From positions 62,001 to 126,000 of the forward strand of contig JASANG010000621.1 of NCBI GenBank assembly GCA_030248215.1: a DNA stretch of 64,000 nt. Reading direction: 5' to 3'. The stretch comes from Enoplolaimus lenunculus. Lineage: Eukaryota. The position numbers and the translations under genes are program-made. Each line of letters opens with the position of its first letter. Within the stretch, counting starts at the first letter, position 1. A model generated the notes under the pieces. The model had not been told where the DNA came from. It did no database searches and saw only the letters and a list, made by a program, of their open reading frames with translations. Below, piece by piece: positions 38,976-53,700 of the stretch.

Positions 38976-39387
38976 CTGTATTGACCCGAATAAGAGGGGG
39001 TAATAAGAGGGGGTCCCAATTTTGAGTCCGAATCAATAGGAGTCCGTATCCCTAATAAGAGTTCGTAAACGGATAGACTCCCTAAACCCCAAAGAGAGAA
39101 AATGTCAAAAACCCCAAAAAGCGCGCAAAAAAAACCCCAGCAAAAAAAAACCCCTTAAATTATGAGAATACATTCCTAAGTATAACCTTGTATTATCGCT
39201 CAAAAGCTATTAACACAAGACAAATAAACGTTTAATTCAACGGATAGTTGTAGTACCGGATATATATCGTAACGAAGGGCGGCGAAGCGTGGGTTAAAAA
39301 ATAGCAGTCCGTAACCGAATAACAAGGGGCGTACCCTCTGGAGAGGCCAAATAAATATCAGTCCCCCTCTTATTCGGGTCACTACAG
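38976..39387. mobile_element. Tc1/mariner/pogo-like MITE with TA TSD
   Basis: TA|CTGTATTGACCCGAATAAGAGGGGG ... CCCCCTCTTATTCGGGTCACTACAG|TA. Confidence 0.8.
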
Positions 39388-42152
39388 TAGATGTCTAACG
39401 GATCTTTTTCAGTTTTATTGCTAAACCAATTCGAAATCGAGACTATCATTAATTTTACAAATGTATGTATGTATGTCTTACGCTAATTGACCACTCAGAT
39501 CAATTACTAATTTGGCCTAGGTCAATTAACTACTTTGAGGAAATAGCAGCTTAGCTTGGGTTAACAACAAGTTGGAGTTATATTTCAAATAAGGATAAAG
39601 TGGAGCAAGCGCTGATTGGTTGTTTGCAGTGATAATTGAATCTGATTGAACACTCATTTTAATAAAACCTTAACCGAGGCTAAACTGCTTTTACATTGAA
39701 TAGCAAATTCAGAAAAATTCGATTTTTCAGGCCCCAAGGCCCCCTCATTGAAACTCAAAAAAACTTTTTTCAAATAGTTGGACAAATTATATGTACCATT
39801 TGATGCAGCTTGCTTAGCTGAGTTCAAAGGTGTTAAATTTTTCGCAATCAGACGATCGGCTAACGAATTATGGTCAAATAACTGATTTGGCGCCGACTTA
39901 AATGAAACCATAAATTAGTACACAATAGGCCTAAATACGTAGCAATTTGACCTGCGACACAAATTCATTTTATCAGTTACATGCGCATCTTCTATAATAG
40001 CTTGAGTATATAATGACGCATATTTCACATGCCTGTCATGTTGATACCGCTTCGCGTCGGAAACTTACATTGTAGGTGCCCTATATTCACCTATGAAGCC
40101 TTTCTTCGCCTTTTATGTGCCATGCCCCTCAAGGGCACAATTTGGACGATTTGGTTAACTGCAGTAATCTGTAGCCTTTTAAGCTTTCGATAGATGATTG
40201 TACTGTTTTATTTTTGTTTGATTTTCATACAGGAAACTAGCGACGATTTCGTTCCTGGAGTCAGTAGCTTTCGTGTTTAAACTTTTTAGTAACCAAGAAT
40301 TGTTTTGGCCACTTGGATTCAGCAGGTTGTTCTAAAGAAGGTAAAAGTGTATTTTTAAGCGTTCATTCGAGGATGGATAGGATATGTATAGCTTGTATAC
40401 ACCCAAGTTATTTTGTACCATCGTGTGCTAGTCTTAACGTGTCTTCACAAAGTGTTTTTGCAAGTAAAAAAAAGAATGATTGTGGTTGACTAGTTGTTAA
40501 GCTGCGTGATATTTGACATGTTTGCATGATATAAAATTTGTTACTATACTTATTAAAATCAAAAAACATAAGAAATATAGTACAGGTGCCCGAGCCTGAG
40601 GCGGGGGTAATATGAGCGAAGTTTGTATTTTGATTCCGAATCAATAAGAGTATTTGATGTATTATTGAGCGAAGCTCAGCGCAAGCCGCCCCACACAAAA
40701 AAAAAAAAAAAATAAAAAAAACAAAACAACAAAAAAAAAAAAAAAAACTACTACCTGTATCCGCAGAAGTATACTTTATTTTAAAAAGTATATTCGTAAG
40801 TAACGAAAAATACATAACAGTATGTACTCTGTTCGCAAAAGATATCTCTCTGGGGAGGCAAAAATAGCAATTTGCCTTCTTCTTCAGGTCACAGTAGCAT
40901 TTTAGTACAGGTAACATGAAACTTGAAACTAGTCGTGGTCAAAAATTTAGCATTTGAGACAACCTAGTTGACAATTGGGACAAATACATGCTCGGAATTT
41001 CGAAATTTATAATTGAGTTGTCTTAGCTTTTATATTTAGCTGGCAAGTGGCAAGTAACAAAGGTCGTCTGTAAAGCAGTGTGTATTATACTCAGAACTCA
41101 AGTTAATTTGTTTTGCTATGGCATGATTTAGAATACTTTGGCAAGAAAGTGTTTATATGTCTATCCATTTATTTATACACAGGTATATATGTCAGAGTGA
41201 AGACATAGAATTAAGCAAGCGTAAAGGTGTCGATATATTGTATGCAGAATGGATGACAGGGTCGGAGCAGCCACCCCATACCCCCAATTTGGGGGGCCCA
41301 TACCTGTTGAAACAAAAGTCGCCGAAGTTTTAAAATGCGTCTGGCTTCTCGCTCGCTTTGCTAGCGAGTTTGGGGCCTTCCATCCTGGGTTTGGAGGGAG
41401 CCAACCCCTGTGTACTCCGGCACTGTTGAATGATCGCGCTATATGACTGCTGACAAGAGTATGCAAATGGAACTGGTTACATTCTGTGTAAGAAATAATG
41501 TGTGCAGCGTGTATTGCGTTTCTAGCCTATCCCTCGCATTTCTGGGGAATGAATTCATTGCTCCTGTTATATAGTTTTATTTTCTGTGCTGCAAGCAACA
41601 TCTACCCCAAATCAGGTGGGGTCGGAGCAAAACACAACGCGCTTAATCGAGGTCAAAGGAATCTTTTGTGTTTCTGACTTCGACAAGATTAACTGTATAT
41701 ATAGTATTGTTTTTAGGTGATTTTGCATTAAGAAGCTGTCAAAAGTTAGTATATTTTAGCCTTAAAAATTAAATTTTTTGAAAATTTAAATATGGGCGGA
41801 AAATATTCAGAGTAGGTCATGAGATGCGCAAATATGTAAATGTATAATTTATTTAAATCCAACAACTTTTCGAAATTCGCCCATGGACATTTGGCAAGGG
41901 AAAGTTTACGTTGTACACAAAATTCGAAGGGGTTTCTTGTGTCGTAATTTGAAACTGTCTCAAAATTCCTATAAGAACCCCAAACATGGGGTATTTGACA
42001 CCTGCTGGCTACTCCTTTGCATACACCCACATTGTAGCCATAACCGAAAAGACTTTATTTTTCTGCTAGTAAAGCACTTTTTAGCTATTTAGCAATAATT
42101 AAACATGAGCAATGGCGGGGGTAGTATTTAGTTATAAGCGACACTTCAAATA

Positions 42153-42611
42153 ATGTCATCTGGGTCTAGTCCGTCAGACACAGTCCAAACACGTAGGCGG
42201 CTATGTCAACTTCCGCCTTCATTACTGGTTGTACGACACGTATCTTCGCCACCCGCCGCAGTGCCGTCTTCTCCAGCGCACCCGCAAGCATACTATGAAA
42301 ACGGAAGGAACGGAGAAGACCGTGGGAACGGAAAAAACCATGGGAAAGAATTTGGAAACGGAAAGGACCGTGGGAAGAAAGAAGACCGCGGGAACGGCAA
42401 ATGCGGTGGTAGTTTTCGCGGGTGTGGAAAAGGTCGCGTCGGTGGAGGCAGCGGCCTAACAGCATCTGTATCGCTCCAGTTGTCTGGCTCAGCGTATGGC
42501 GATGCGCGATCGTTGTTGCCACCGTTGCCGAATAGCGCAACGTCTACCGGTTCGCCGTCCTACCTGTCGACATTACATCATCATTACAGCGGGACTCCAG
42601 GTTCGATCCGG
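42153..42611 (+). CDS. Candidate first coding exon of the MAST kinase
   Basis: GC-rich 153-codon S/P/G-rich ORF starting at ATG 42153. A phase-0 donor CGG|GTTGGG at 42612 would join in frame to the KELS exon at 44704. The donor is weak, so the join is inferred. Confidence 0.5.
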
Positions 42612-44703
42612 GTTGGGATTTTGATCTAAGAGGGGTAAGGCGATAAGCTGAGGGCGGGAATAGTGGTATAAGGAGAAAGGGATGACAATTGGTGAGTATT
42701 CTTCAGTTTACTTTTTTATGATTTGAATGTTTAATGATTTGAATGTTTAAGACTGTATAAAAATTTGTAGTAGAATTGTCTGGAAAGCAATGCTGCGTAT
42801 TTTCCCCCGGCTAACAAGAGTAAAATGAAAGGAGTTAAAATAGCATTTTTAATACAGTGAAGTTTATAAGGGTATACAGCGACGCTGGAACGATGTTTTT
42901 CTAGGGGTGCCAAGCAACGGCACAACAGCAATTTCCAAAACGGAGAGGCTATCTAAACCGGTGAGGAATCCGATCATTGGTACTTAACCCAGAGTCAAAA
43001 GATGGGTGGAGTAGTTTAAAAACCTTCTTTAAATTACAAATAACACAAAACATTTTTAGCATCAGTTTTGGTGGGTTTCTAGCGGTTTCAGCGAGACCCG
43101 TGTGTTTTTCTAGGGGTCTCGACCGACACCCTAGACATACCTGTTCCCGCATGCCTGATGGTAGAACTGCTATTTTAAGGCTCACGTCGGTGTTCAACTT
43201 CGCTACGGTACCGCTCGCTTTACTGTCACCGGAATCAGCAATCAACACAACTAAGACCTCCGTCTCCGTCACTGACCGGATACAATAGTGTAGCAACGTC
43301 GCCGCGGTCGCCCCCTAATTTTACGGGGGGTTCTGGGTGTCTAACCACGCACCCCTCCAACCGTTTAGATACCCGCTGGGGGTCAAGCAATGATCATAGT
43401 ACTCTTCAAGCTCGGGCCAGCTATGATACAGTCGGTGTTCCTGGGTCATGTGGGATGATAGGCGTAGGGCTCGCGGTTTCAAGCTGTCCCACAAAGCCGT
43501 TCGGTCGAAGAAGTGTTAGCGAGAATAGTCTAATTGGATTGACGGCATTGATTCAATTGAAAGTAAAGCTCTGTTCACACGTAAATGTTTTTGCAACGAG
43601 AACTTGCAACTGCAATTTAAACTGCAAAGATCTATGAAAAGCGTGCGAACAAAACTTGAACGTGCAACGTGTAGTTGCAAGTTGTCGCTGCAAAAATTTC
43701 CACCGTTGTATTCGGCTGAAGTGAAAGCTTTGGGCCAACTGAGGTTGGCAGCAATGGGAGTGTCAGCTGGGACTTGTGCGAGTAAAATAGTGAAATTTGA
43801 GACTAACATCCGGGTAGTAGCCGGGATTTTGGAAAGCGGTTTATGCTCTGTTACAAAAATTTCGAACGGAGAGTTTCTAGAGGATTATTGTGTAATTTTC
43901 GGGGCTCGGTTCTGGACGCGCTTACCAAAGCGGTTAAGAAATATTAAACAAGAGTTGCAGCTTTGCAGAGTGTTAAAGATATATAAATCAGCGGCACCGA
44001 AGGTGCCACGACTCTATTAATAACGTTTTGAGAATAACATTTGGAGAAATAAATGAAAATCGATCGAATAGTCAGTAGATATTTGTTCCTGCATTCAAAG
44101 ATGCAGAAACGGCGCTATCTATTTTTAACTTCCTGACCACGACCGAGAATGAGAGCGACACTTCTTCTATTCGTGGAGGTTGAAATAAATGAGGCATCAC
44201 ATTCTGATCGTACCGATTGAGCTATAAGTGCCAAATACTGACTGCTTCAGTTTTTATATTTTGCTTTGTTGTGTTTTGTTTTCATTGAATTAGCGGACTT
44301 GTGGAGTTTTCCGAACAATTTTGTTCTGTTCTATTTTGTATTTCATCTTTGTGTGTCACTGACCCTTGCTGTTGAATTTTATGTAGGGTTACAACATTAA
44401 GAATAAATACTCGGGACAGGAATTTTACAATGCCAAAACCCAAACTCAGAATATTGCAATTTGGTAATAGTTATTGTAACATTCCGATAGATGAATGGCG
44501 GACTTTGAAATTCAACACATATTGTTATATTTTTTATTTGTGCTACTTCTGTGCAATTTTTGAGTTTTAGGTTTAGCACAGTAGTGCAGATAGAAATATA
44601 TTCTGTAGGCTTCTACTGCAAAATCGTATTTCACTAAATTTATAATCACACGGCTTACTGGAAGAATGTAGCATAAAAGTGTACCTATTTGTTTTTGTTT
44701 TAG

Positions 44704-47700
44704 AAGGAATTAAGCATACAAAGAAAACACAGGTAAGCGTGGGTTTATGTATTTTAGTTGTTATTTTTACAGGACCTCCAAAATATTTGGGGTATGCAAG
44801 TAGAACATTTGAGCAAAATGTAGCATAGGATTACAATCTGACACCCTTAAGCAACATTTTACTCTATATAGGTATGTGCCTACGTATATACGAGCACTTA
44901 GTATAAGTGTACCTAGAGTCGTGCAGCTGCACCGCTTTGCGCTACTTGCCGGTGCCTGTGGTTATGTTGATATGATCTTAAAATAACTAGGCCACCCAAT
45001 TAATTGTTTTCAAATTTAGATTTAGTTATAAATTTCAAATACTGAAAAAAACGCGTTTGTTGCGATTATATATATTTATAAATTCGTCACAGACACAGGT
45101 GATTTCGGAGAATATCACGCACACTTGAATACACTTGAATTAATTTAAAATTTAGCAAATGTTGTATGCAATTGTACCACAATAATCGTGACTTGAAATA
45201 TTTTGCGAATACAGCAATTTAGTTATATTAATATAAAACACACTTTACAGGATGTCAGCGGTCAATGGGATATATTTATTTTTCAAAAAAACACACCAAG
45301 TTTTCATTCACGCAAAAACTTCAAGCGGGCATTATCAGTTGAAATTTTAAAGTCCAGTTTTGCAAAATTTTACTAGTCAACCGGCTTTATGCATTATAAA
45401 CAAAAGTTAGCGAATGCACAACTGCGTTCAAATTTTCTTTTCACACAACAATTATGTTTTCGTTTTAAGGAAAACAAAGCATGCTGGAACGTTGCCCAAA
45501 ATACGAATGTGGGCATAGCTGTAATGGTAGTTCGGTTGGCTATTTTTGATTACTATAAAACTGTTGAGAGATGTTTCGATTCAAAGTGTCTACGTGTTAA
45601 GCATTTGATTGCGGATAAGACTTTGCACAAGACCAATAATTGGAGCTAAGAACAGTAGCTTGTTTGGCTACATAGTTTTGATTGTTTGTTTGTATTGATT
45701 GTTTAGCAGTCAACGCTGTAATCGTCGCAGTTATCACGCGAATGTATCACCAGTGTTGAGTCGGTGTCGGGTTGCACATTCAACTGCACCTGTTCAACAA
45801 CATCCAGGTGAGTTTAATAGTATTGTAACTGTGGCTTTATTACAATTCCTGTATCCAGATTTTCGCCTAGGCTTGGCTCTGGAAATAGATGGATCTACAT
45901 ATAAACTTGAGCCTTTGTATGTGTCTAGCCGGAACATTTGCTTTAATTGTGGTGGAAGGTGTACATGTACAGTAATTTTTAATTTCCTGTCCATGTAGGG
46001 CTGCGGTGTTTAGACACGAGTTTAGTCTTTAACGCATGAAACCGTTTTCGAAATATTATAGAACGCAACCTCAACCCCTTTGGTCAATATTGTGGAAGGC
46101 TTTCGTGTATAGTTGTTGTTTTTCTTGGTTTTTATTGCTATTTGATTGGAAGCCTAAGCACAACACGGACTTGACTATTTAAATTATACTGTAGATCAGG
46201 ATACGACTGGATAATAATTTAGCGGATACCGTATCCGGATACAAATATTGAATTATTTACCGGAACAGGAACCGGATACCGGATATTTTATGTGTTGAAA
46301 TACTTTATTTTTCGCTGTATTTTTTAGCGTGCTCACGGTTTCTATGCGTTATAAGTTTCATAGTTGCTGCTGATAAACTGGAATAAATGCAAAAATGCGT
46401 TTAACTCTCGCGCGCTAACATCTGTTAAAAGTAGCTGAAAACGTGTTAAAACTTGAACTTCTTGAATTGACATGCCCAGAAATGTAATCGCAGCAAGACG
46501 TTAACCCTTTATCACATAAATATTTTCTATTTCCCTTGAGACTTATTTTTATACTAGGATTCGAACTCCAGTGACTGGAGTGTGAGGCGTATACCATCAG
46601 CACTCAGCTATAGGAGCTTGACGCTCGAGCCCGAGGGGGCTCTCACGTCTTGTGGTGATTTAGTACTACGTATACGTGTTGCAATTGTTAAACACTGTGC
46701 GATATATATTTTTTAACGTACATACACTGCGCTGAGCTGCCTATAGGCAACTCAATGTGAGAAGTGGTTAAGGACGCTCACTTGTAAAAAGCAGTCTTGC
46801 GATATTCGGCTCCACAACCGTAAATATTTTGTATCCGGTAGGATTGTACGGGATACCGGAACCGGATACGCATATCGGTTTTTGCCGGATATTAAACCGG
46901 ATATCCGGTGACACCATGGTGTAACTTACTGTGAATGTAGTTATTTGGAAAAATTATTGTTTTCGGATGAAGTAGCTAGACGTGGATCATTCCGAAGCTT
47001 TATAGGACCGGAACCAGCGCTGCCAATTTGTAATGATGAGGATCGGCCAAGAATTACTTTATGATGCATAGAAAATTCATATATATAGATGGATAAATCA
47101 GAAAACTTTTTAATTTACAAGATTAATAATTATAGACGAAATGCTAATAGAATTAGTTTTTTTTTGCTAAAATTTAGCAAAGACAAACTAAGGCACTATC
47201 GGTACCTTGAACATTGTTTGTTCGGTTATCACTTTATTTGAAATAAGGGGAGTTCAAGATAAGAACTGCTCAGAGTCAGAATGTATTGCAAGTGAAACTG
47301 TCGGACACTTTTTGTGCGTATTCAAGCGTTGGGAAAAGTAACTTGAATAATTTCTTGGTAGAAAACTTTTACCAGTCAGAGACATTTGACACACTAAGTT
47401 ACCGATTTTAATATGAGTAAGGTTTTGGTATGTCGCAGTGGGCAATCTCTAATTTATGTACGCGAGCGCCTATTCTGTCTTTACATCCTAACGTAACCGA
47501 TAACTATTTTTTCTATGGTAACTTTAGCAAACCAAACAGGAAATCAAAAATAATGCTAGGAGCATAGGTGGTGCTATATTTGCCGTACGGTGCCGTAAGT
47601 TAAAAAAATTATATTTATAAAATGGAATTATGGTGCTACAGTACCGTATTACAATATGAGTGCTAATACCCTTAACATTTTGTATTGGCGCTTTACCAAG

Positions 47701-50700
47701 ATACGGTACTATGCTTTGTAGATTTACATCTCTGTTTCATTATTTTAGGACCGTCAGATTCTGCTCATCTGCATGGACCATCATTGTTCGGCGCGGTGCT
47801 TCGAGCATCTAGGTACACACCCATGTGTGTCTTTTTTATTTATGGTTTGGTACCGGTAACAGGACAAAACCAAACGACAGCAAACCGGATGAGCGCACCA
47901 TGTAATGTTTAACGCATGTCACATTTCAATATTGGTGAATTGTTTGAGTATCGATTGTTGCTTTTGTGTTTGGCTTTGTGCCTACCACTGTTACTCTTTT
48001 AGCTATCAGTTATACAATGCCAGCTCCCAATTTTCTGCTGCTCGAATTTTAGTTTTGTATGTTATACGATTACAGAGGTGGAGTGGATTCACGCCGATGG
48101 TCTGTCGCGTCAATTCCGTCGTCTGGTTATCCGACCACTCCCGGCAGCTCTGCGCTGTCGGTAAGTGTTAAATAATATTACCGTTGTTTTTACAGTCGTA
48201 ACCAGACTGCTCAAATGAAGTAATATTTTTGTTGGACCAAAAGCAACGCCATACTACTTGCGGCTCCGATGCTGAAACGATGATGCACGTTATGCTGGAG
48301 AAAAGCAGGCACAGTCATTAAAAATGTAGTGGAATTAATTTTTCAACAACCCACGAGAGTGGGCGTTGCACAAAGCTTAATAACGATACGCGTTTCGCAG
48401 TGTTGCAAATATAATTAGCAAAATTAAAGTAGAAATTATTTTGCATATTTGCAGCTACAAGTTGCGTTTGCAAGTTGCTTCTGCATGTTGCGGCTACGAA
48501 AAATTTATAGGTATATGAACAGTAATAAATTGTAATATTTTGTTTTGTTTACAGTCTCAATATTCATCATCCGAAGAGCTTGCACTTTGGGATCCATATG
48601 GCGGCTACGGACCTGGCAGTAGCCACCCAAGCGGAGCATTTTGGCTTGAAAGTGTCGATAGCGGAGAATCGTGTGAAACAGCCGGTGATTGTTCAGACAC
48701 TGGCTCGTTTAGGGGCAGGCCCCGTGCGCGAAGTTTGAGGTTAGTAGTAGCTCAGGAGTGAGCATGTAGCCAGGATTTCATTTTCAGAGACAGTAAATTG
48801 AAGTAAAGGTTTTTTGTGTGCCAGCGAGCGAGATGTTTATCTTGGAGGCTGGGTAAACGCACCTGGTTTGCAGGGGGATGTGGTGTAACATAAATTTAGA
48901 CTGCGTTATTATAGCGTTAATTGCTGCCGTCCTAAAAAGTTTGGCAGATAAATGCATGCTTGTTATTATCAATACTGCAACGTTCCAGAAACATTACGTA
49001 ATTATCGATGTCAAAGTTGTTTTTGAAGAAAATTATTGTTTTTTACTGTTTTAGCAGCAGCCAGTTGAACACACGATCAGAATCGGAAGTAACGTTGCAA
49101 AGCAATTTGTACAAAGAACGATTTCCAAGGGTGTGATTTAATGTTTAAATATGTAGATGTTTTATTTTGGAGCAGAAACTAAACAGAAAAGGTCTAAGAT
49201 TGCATCTAATGATGGGTTTTAAATAGTGTTGTACTTGAGAAGCGGGAAGTGCTTTTGCAGATTGTTTTCAGATGCTTTTAAAATTTACACGTCCAGGGAG
49301 CGGAGCAAAAACGTAAATCTTATACTATTGCTGCGTAGAGTAGCTGAGTGCTTAAAACTTAAATGAAAGTAGTATTCTCTTAGCACTAATCTTTCACGTG
49401 TGTTACGTTGTAACTTGTGCCATATTGGGCTTTTAGAAATGACAAGCTTTCACCGATAACGTATATGTAGCAGGCCAATGTACTAGTGAGGTCAAATAGC
49501 GATTGTAAGATGTAGCAAAAGAACATTTATGTAAAACTAACGCTGATTGGTTAAGGCTGTTGCGTCTGTCCAAATATTCAAATCTGATTGGTCTACAAGT
49601 TTAATATAGCCGTTTAACCAGAACAAAACTGTTTTTACGCAAAATAGCAGATTGGCCTAGGCGAATTAGTAATTGGCCTGAATAGCAGATTGGCCAACGA
49701 CATATACATAAAGTGGAAAGCGACGTTTGAAGCTATGTTGGTCATTTTGTTTGCAACTTGGGAAAGAATGTAGCAGGACAGTATTGATTATGACGTTGTA
49801 TCTACATCTTCCAAGTGTTTACGTACATGAATGTTTGGAAAAGTTTTTCTCTTGTTACTAATGCTGCTCTCGTACAAAACTCTCAGGCCGACGCTATGTT
49901 ATTTGATTTTGATTACTTTAATGCCGTCCAGCTCTTTACAAGAACGTACGTGATTTGTTGCGTGGTACGGCATAACAATTCAGATGACAAATTATGTCGA
50001 CTTGTGTCGTTAGAAGTGGATCCGCTCTGTTTTCATTACGTTGTTTCTGGCATTCAAAATTGTAGGCCAAAGCCGACATGGAGTCACAATTGGAAAGATT
50101 TATCGCCGAAGAAAATGAGTCGTTGCCTGACGGCGCTGCAAGTTTTTTACATCATCAAACCAACGAAATTGTAGCCGATTGTTTAGCGAAATCACAAAAC
50201 GGACAACTGAGCTCAACGTATTTTTATGATATGTCGGAAAGTTTAGATAAACTGCTAGCTGAGGTAACAATTAGAGTTTTATGGTTTCGATTTATTTTTG
50301 TGAGTTTTTGGAGCTGTTTAGGTAGTATAGAACAAATATACGACGAAATCTTCGATACATGAGGAATAATAGGTACAGGAGCAATTCCTGTAGAAAATTT
50401 GAAGCCCCGATTGAAAAATTTTTGGTCCCTCTTATAATGAGGTAAGAATTAGAGTTCTATAGTTTCGATTTATTATTGTGAGATTTTGGAGCTGTTTTGG
50501 CAGCATTTTGTACTGGTAGCGGTGCGCATGGGTGAAAAAGAAAAGGGTGACTCGGGCTAGAACTCGCTTTTTACCTGCCATGTATCGGAATAAGCATTGT
50601 TATTGTTATGAGTCTTTGGACAATTTTAGGTGTATAACTTAGGACGGAGTCAAGAAGAGTTAATTGTCTTAGAGTAAGGCGTATATTTGCAAATTTTTGT

Positions 50701-53700
50701 GAGATACAATTTCAAGTGCCACGCTGTGTACTCTTTGATTACTTTTGTGTTGTTATCCATCAGATTACAATACCGAGAGTTGCGTAAATCATATTCCTAC
50801 TGCTGTACTTAAGTAGTTTGTTATTACGTTTTTAGGCATTTGAAAAGTGTCCTCAGTATTTGCCGTTACTCGAAATGAAAATTAAAAAGTTACTATTTGT
50901 CGTCGCGCGGACAGCAAGGCTACTTGAATGTTTAGTATGTTATGTTTACTTATAAGTTAACCATTGAAGTTATCCAAATTTTGCGCAGTACGTGCAAATA
51001 TATATTTCAAATCTAAATTATCATGGTCAAATGGTGGGATTTCTGGGACATGCTTGGAAATATAAATTTCATGCAATGTCATTCGTTTTGGAATAACATG
51101 GTCGCGAATATACATATTAGAAAATGCAAACATGGATTTTTTGGGAAGATTCCTTTGTTATTGTTACAATGTATAGAAAACATTCCTTTCGGATTTTAAA
51201 AGAGTGTCTAACATTTTTGTGACATTTCTATGTTTACAGGAGTTTGACGCTAACCAGTTTTACGCTATACTTCAAGAAGCTGAAGAGGCGGCGCCAAAGC
51301 ATATGTCAGAGCCTATACCGCAGTATATTGTCAAAAAACTTGGTCTCACGCGCCCTTCAACTGGACAAGGTAAGAAAAGTCAATTTCCGCCTGGCTGGGG
51401 CAACCTTAGGTGGAAAATAGCAAAACCGATGGTCGACAGCGTTTGAGCTGGATTTGAAACAAAATTGGATGGTTAAGCTTACATCTACTTTTGCTGTCTT
51501 TACCAGAGGTTAATTTTACGTCATAGTCGAACGCGGAACATTTTAATGGCAGTAGCATGATTTGTGCATCACTGTTTGACGTTGTCTGTTATCGCGTGAT
51601 ATTCTACGCGACGTTGAAAATTTTACTAAGTATATATAGCCATTCTAACACGTTTTTATTCATTAAGAGTTGCTTAAGACGTTTCTTCTAATAAATTTAC
51701 AACCGGTGGAACTTGCACGTGTGAATGCTGGCTTTAGAATTCAGATAATTAGAGAAAATTGTGGGGTTACAATGAGCTTGGTGGGTTTTCGTATGTACAA
51801 GTAAATCAGGTTAATAATTCTAATTTAATAAAAATTAAACCTAATCTAAAATATTTTTGTGTGAATTATCGTTCTGTTTTTCTAGAGCTTTGTACTGCTC
51901 TGTCAGAACAGCTGGTTGTGAGCATTGATTCTGGAACTGAAACCGCAACTGGGACGTTGATGCTAGGAGGGAACGCGGCATTATCACAATCAGGCAGCGT
52001 AACAAGTTTGCTAAGTAGTGCTGGACTTGGAATTGGAGCGACGAATGGCGGTTGCGGGGCCGTGCCGTTGTCACCCTATACGGCAACGAGTACTGCGATT
52101 GGGGAACAACAGGAAATTGTTGCTGGGAGTGAATATGACGCGCCGGGGACTGGGTTGGTGCCTCCGGAAGCCACATCAGCTGCAAGGGCGGATTCTCCTG
52201 GACCAGGCAAGTCGGAGTGAAGCTAGAACAAAATGTTATGGGCGAAATGATTGATTTGTAGGGATAAACTTAATATAAGCGCAAATTTCAAAGGAGTAAT
52301 TTGCAGGATGTCGAAATGTAGGGATGTGAAAGTGGCAAAACAGCTTGAAACTGAACAGGAAATGTAAATAATATTTTTAGGTTTTGATTACAAAAATAGC
52401 TTTGTTAGAAGCACTAAAATGATTTTAAAATGCAATCGCAAGTTAGTACGACTTAATGTTTAGTATGGTCTAACAATTTACTTAACCCATTTATCGTTTC
52501 TGAAAGTGTATTTACGTTAAGTAATACTTAAGCTAATCTCCAAATTAATGAGCTATAGACTATCATTTGTGGCATAGTATCTGTGGGGTATTTGAATTGT
52601 AGATGGTACCTGCTTAGTAAGAAGCAAATCTATGACCTGTTTCTTATGGCACGGTCCCATTTCGGCATTTGTTTGTTTATGTCCCAAAACTTAAATATTT
52701 CATTTATTTAAGTCAGTGACTAGTAATTTCTTAGCAAAACTAAAGTTTATCTTTAAGTAAGATTTTAGAACCACAGGCATTGGCGTGGTTTCTGAAATCG
52801 TTCGCAGTATAACTTTATAGTTAAGTATTTGCTTAACACTTACTTCAACTTAAGTTAAATAAGTATACTTGCACCACTGAATGTGTTTAACGTGGTACAG
52901 ACCAACCAATCTAACATACTATCATCGGTTTAATTAAAATCTAAAATTTACACACCGCTCATTAGATTTAAATGTACCGCTTAAGTTAGAATTAGTTTAA
53001 AGTCTATAGTAAGTCTTATATTTGTTTTTTTGGAATATTTCAGTGACCGAAATGTCGTCAAGTTACAGCTCGGCGAGCATAACAGGAATCGAACGTAACA
53101 GCGCTATTGTAAATACAGCACGCTGCAGTACACAAAACGAATTTTCGTGGTCTTCGAGACCCCCTTGTGAAGATGATTTCACTACGATTAAATTGATTAG
53201 TAATGGGGCTTACGGTGCGGTTTATTTGGTAAGTTTGTAAGGCTGGACAGGAGCAGGGAGGGCATCGATTTTAGTTCAGGGATTGCGAAACACATTTGGA
53301 CTTAGAATATTAAGCAATTCATGCCCTGCAAACGTATCAGTATTAATTAATTGATCAGTAATGGAGGTTACTGTGCGATATATTTGTTAAGTTTGTATCG
53401 GTGGCTTGGAGGTTATTATACTAGCATTTAGTTAGGAATATTATAAAATTATTTGGATTTATTATAATTGAAAGTACTTTTTTACTACTATTGGTATGTT
53501 AGTAAATGTTGTATACTTAATAGGTTTCTAACGTTCCAGTTTTAAATGGGTGGGCATTATAGTGGCACCAGAGCCGGATTTTTACGTGAGCCGGGGCCTT
53601 GGCTCCCACAGCACGGTCGGTACCTACCGGGGCCAAGTTAGAAGACGTAAAGATAACTATTAACGGGAGCGGTAAAAAGATCCGACTCCAATTTCAATAG

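Noticed and set aside
40408..40917. 169-aa minus-strand ORF
   Set aside because: Driven by a poly(A/T) tract; no homology or splice support.
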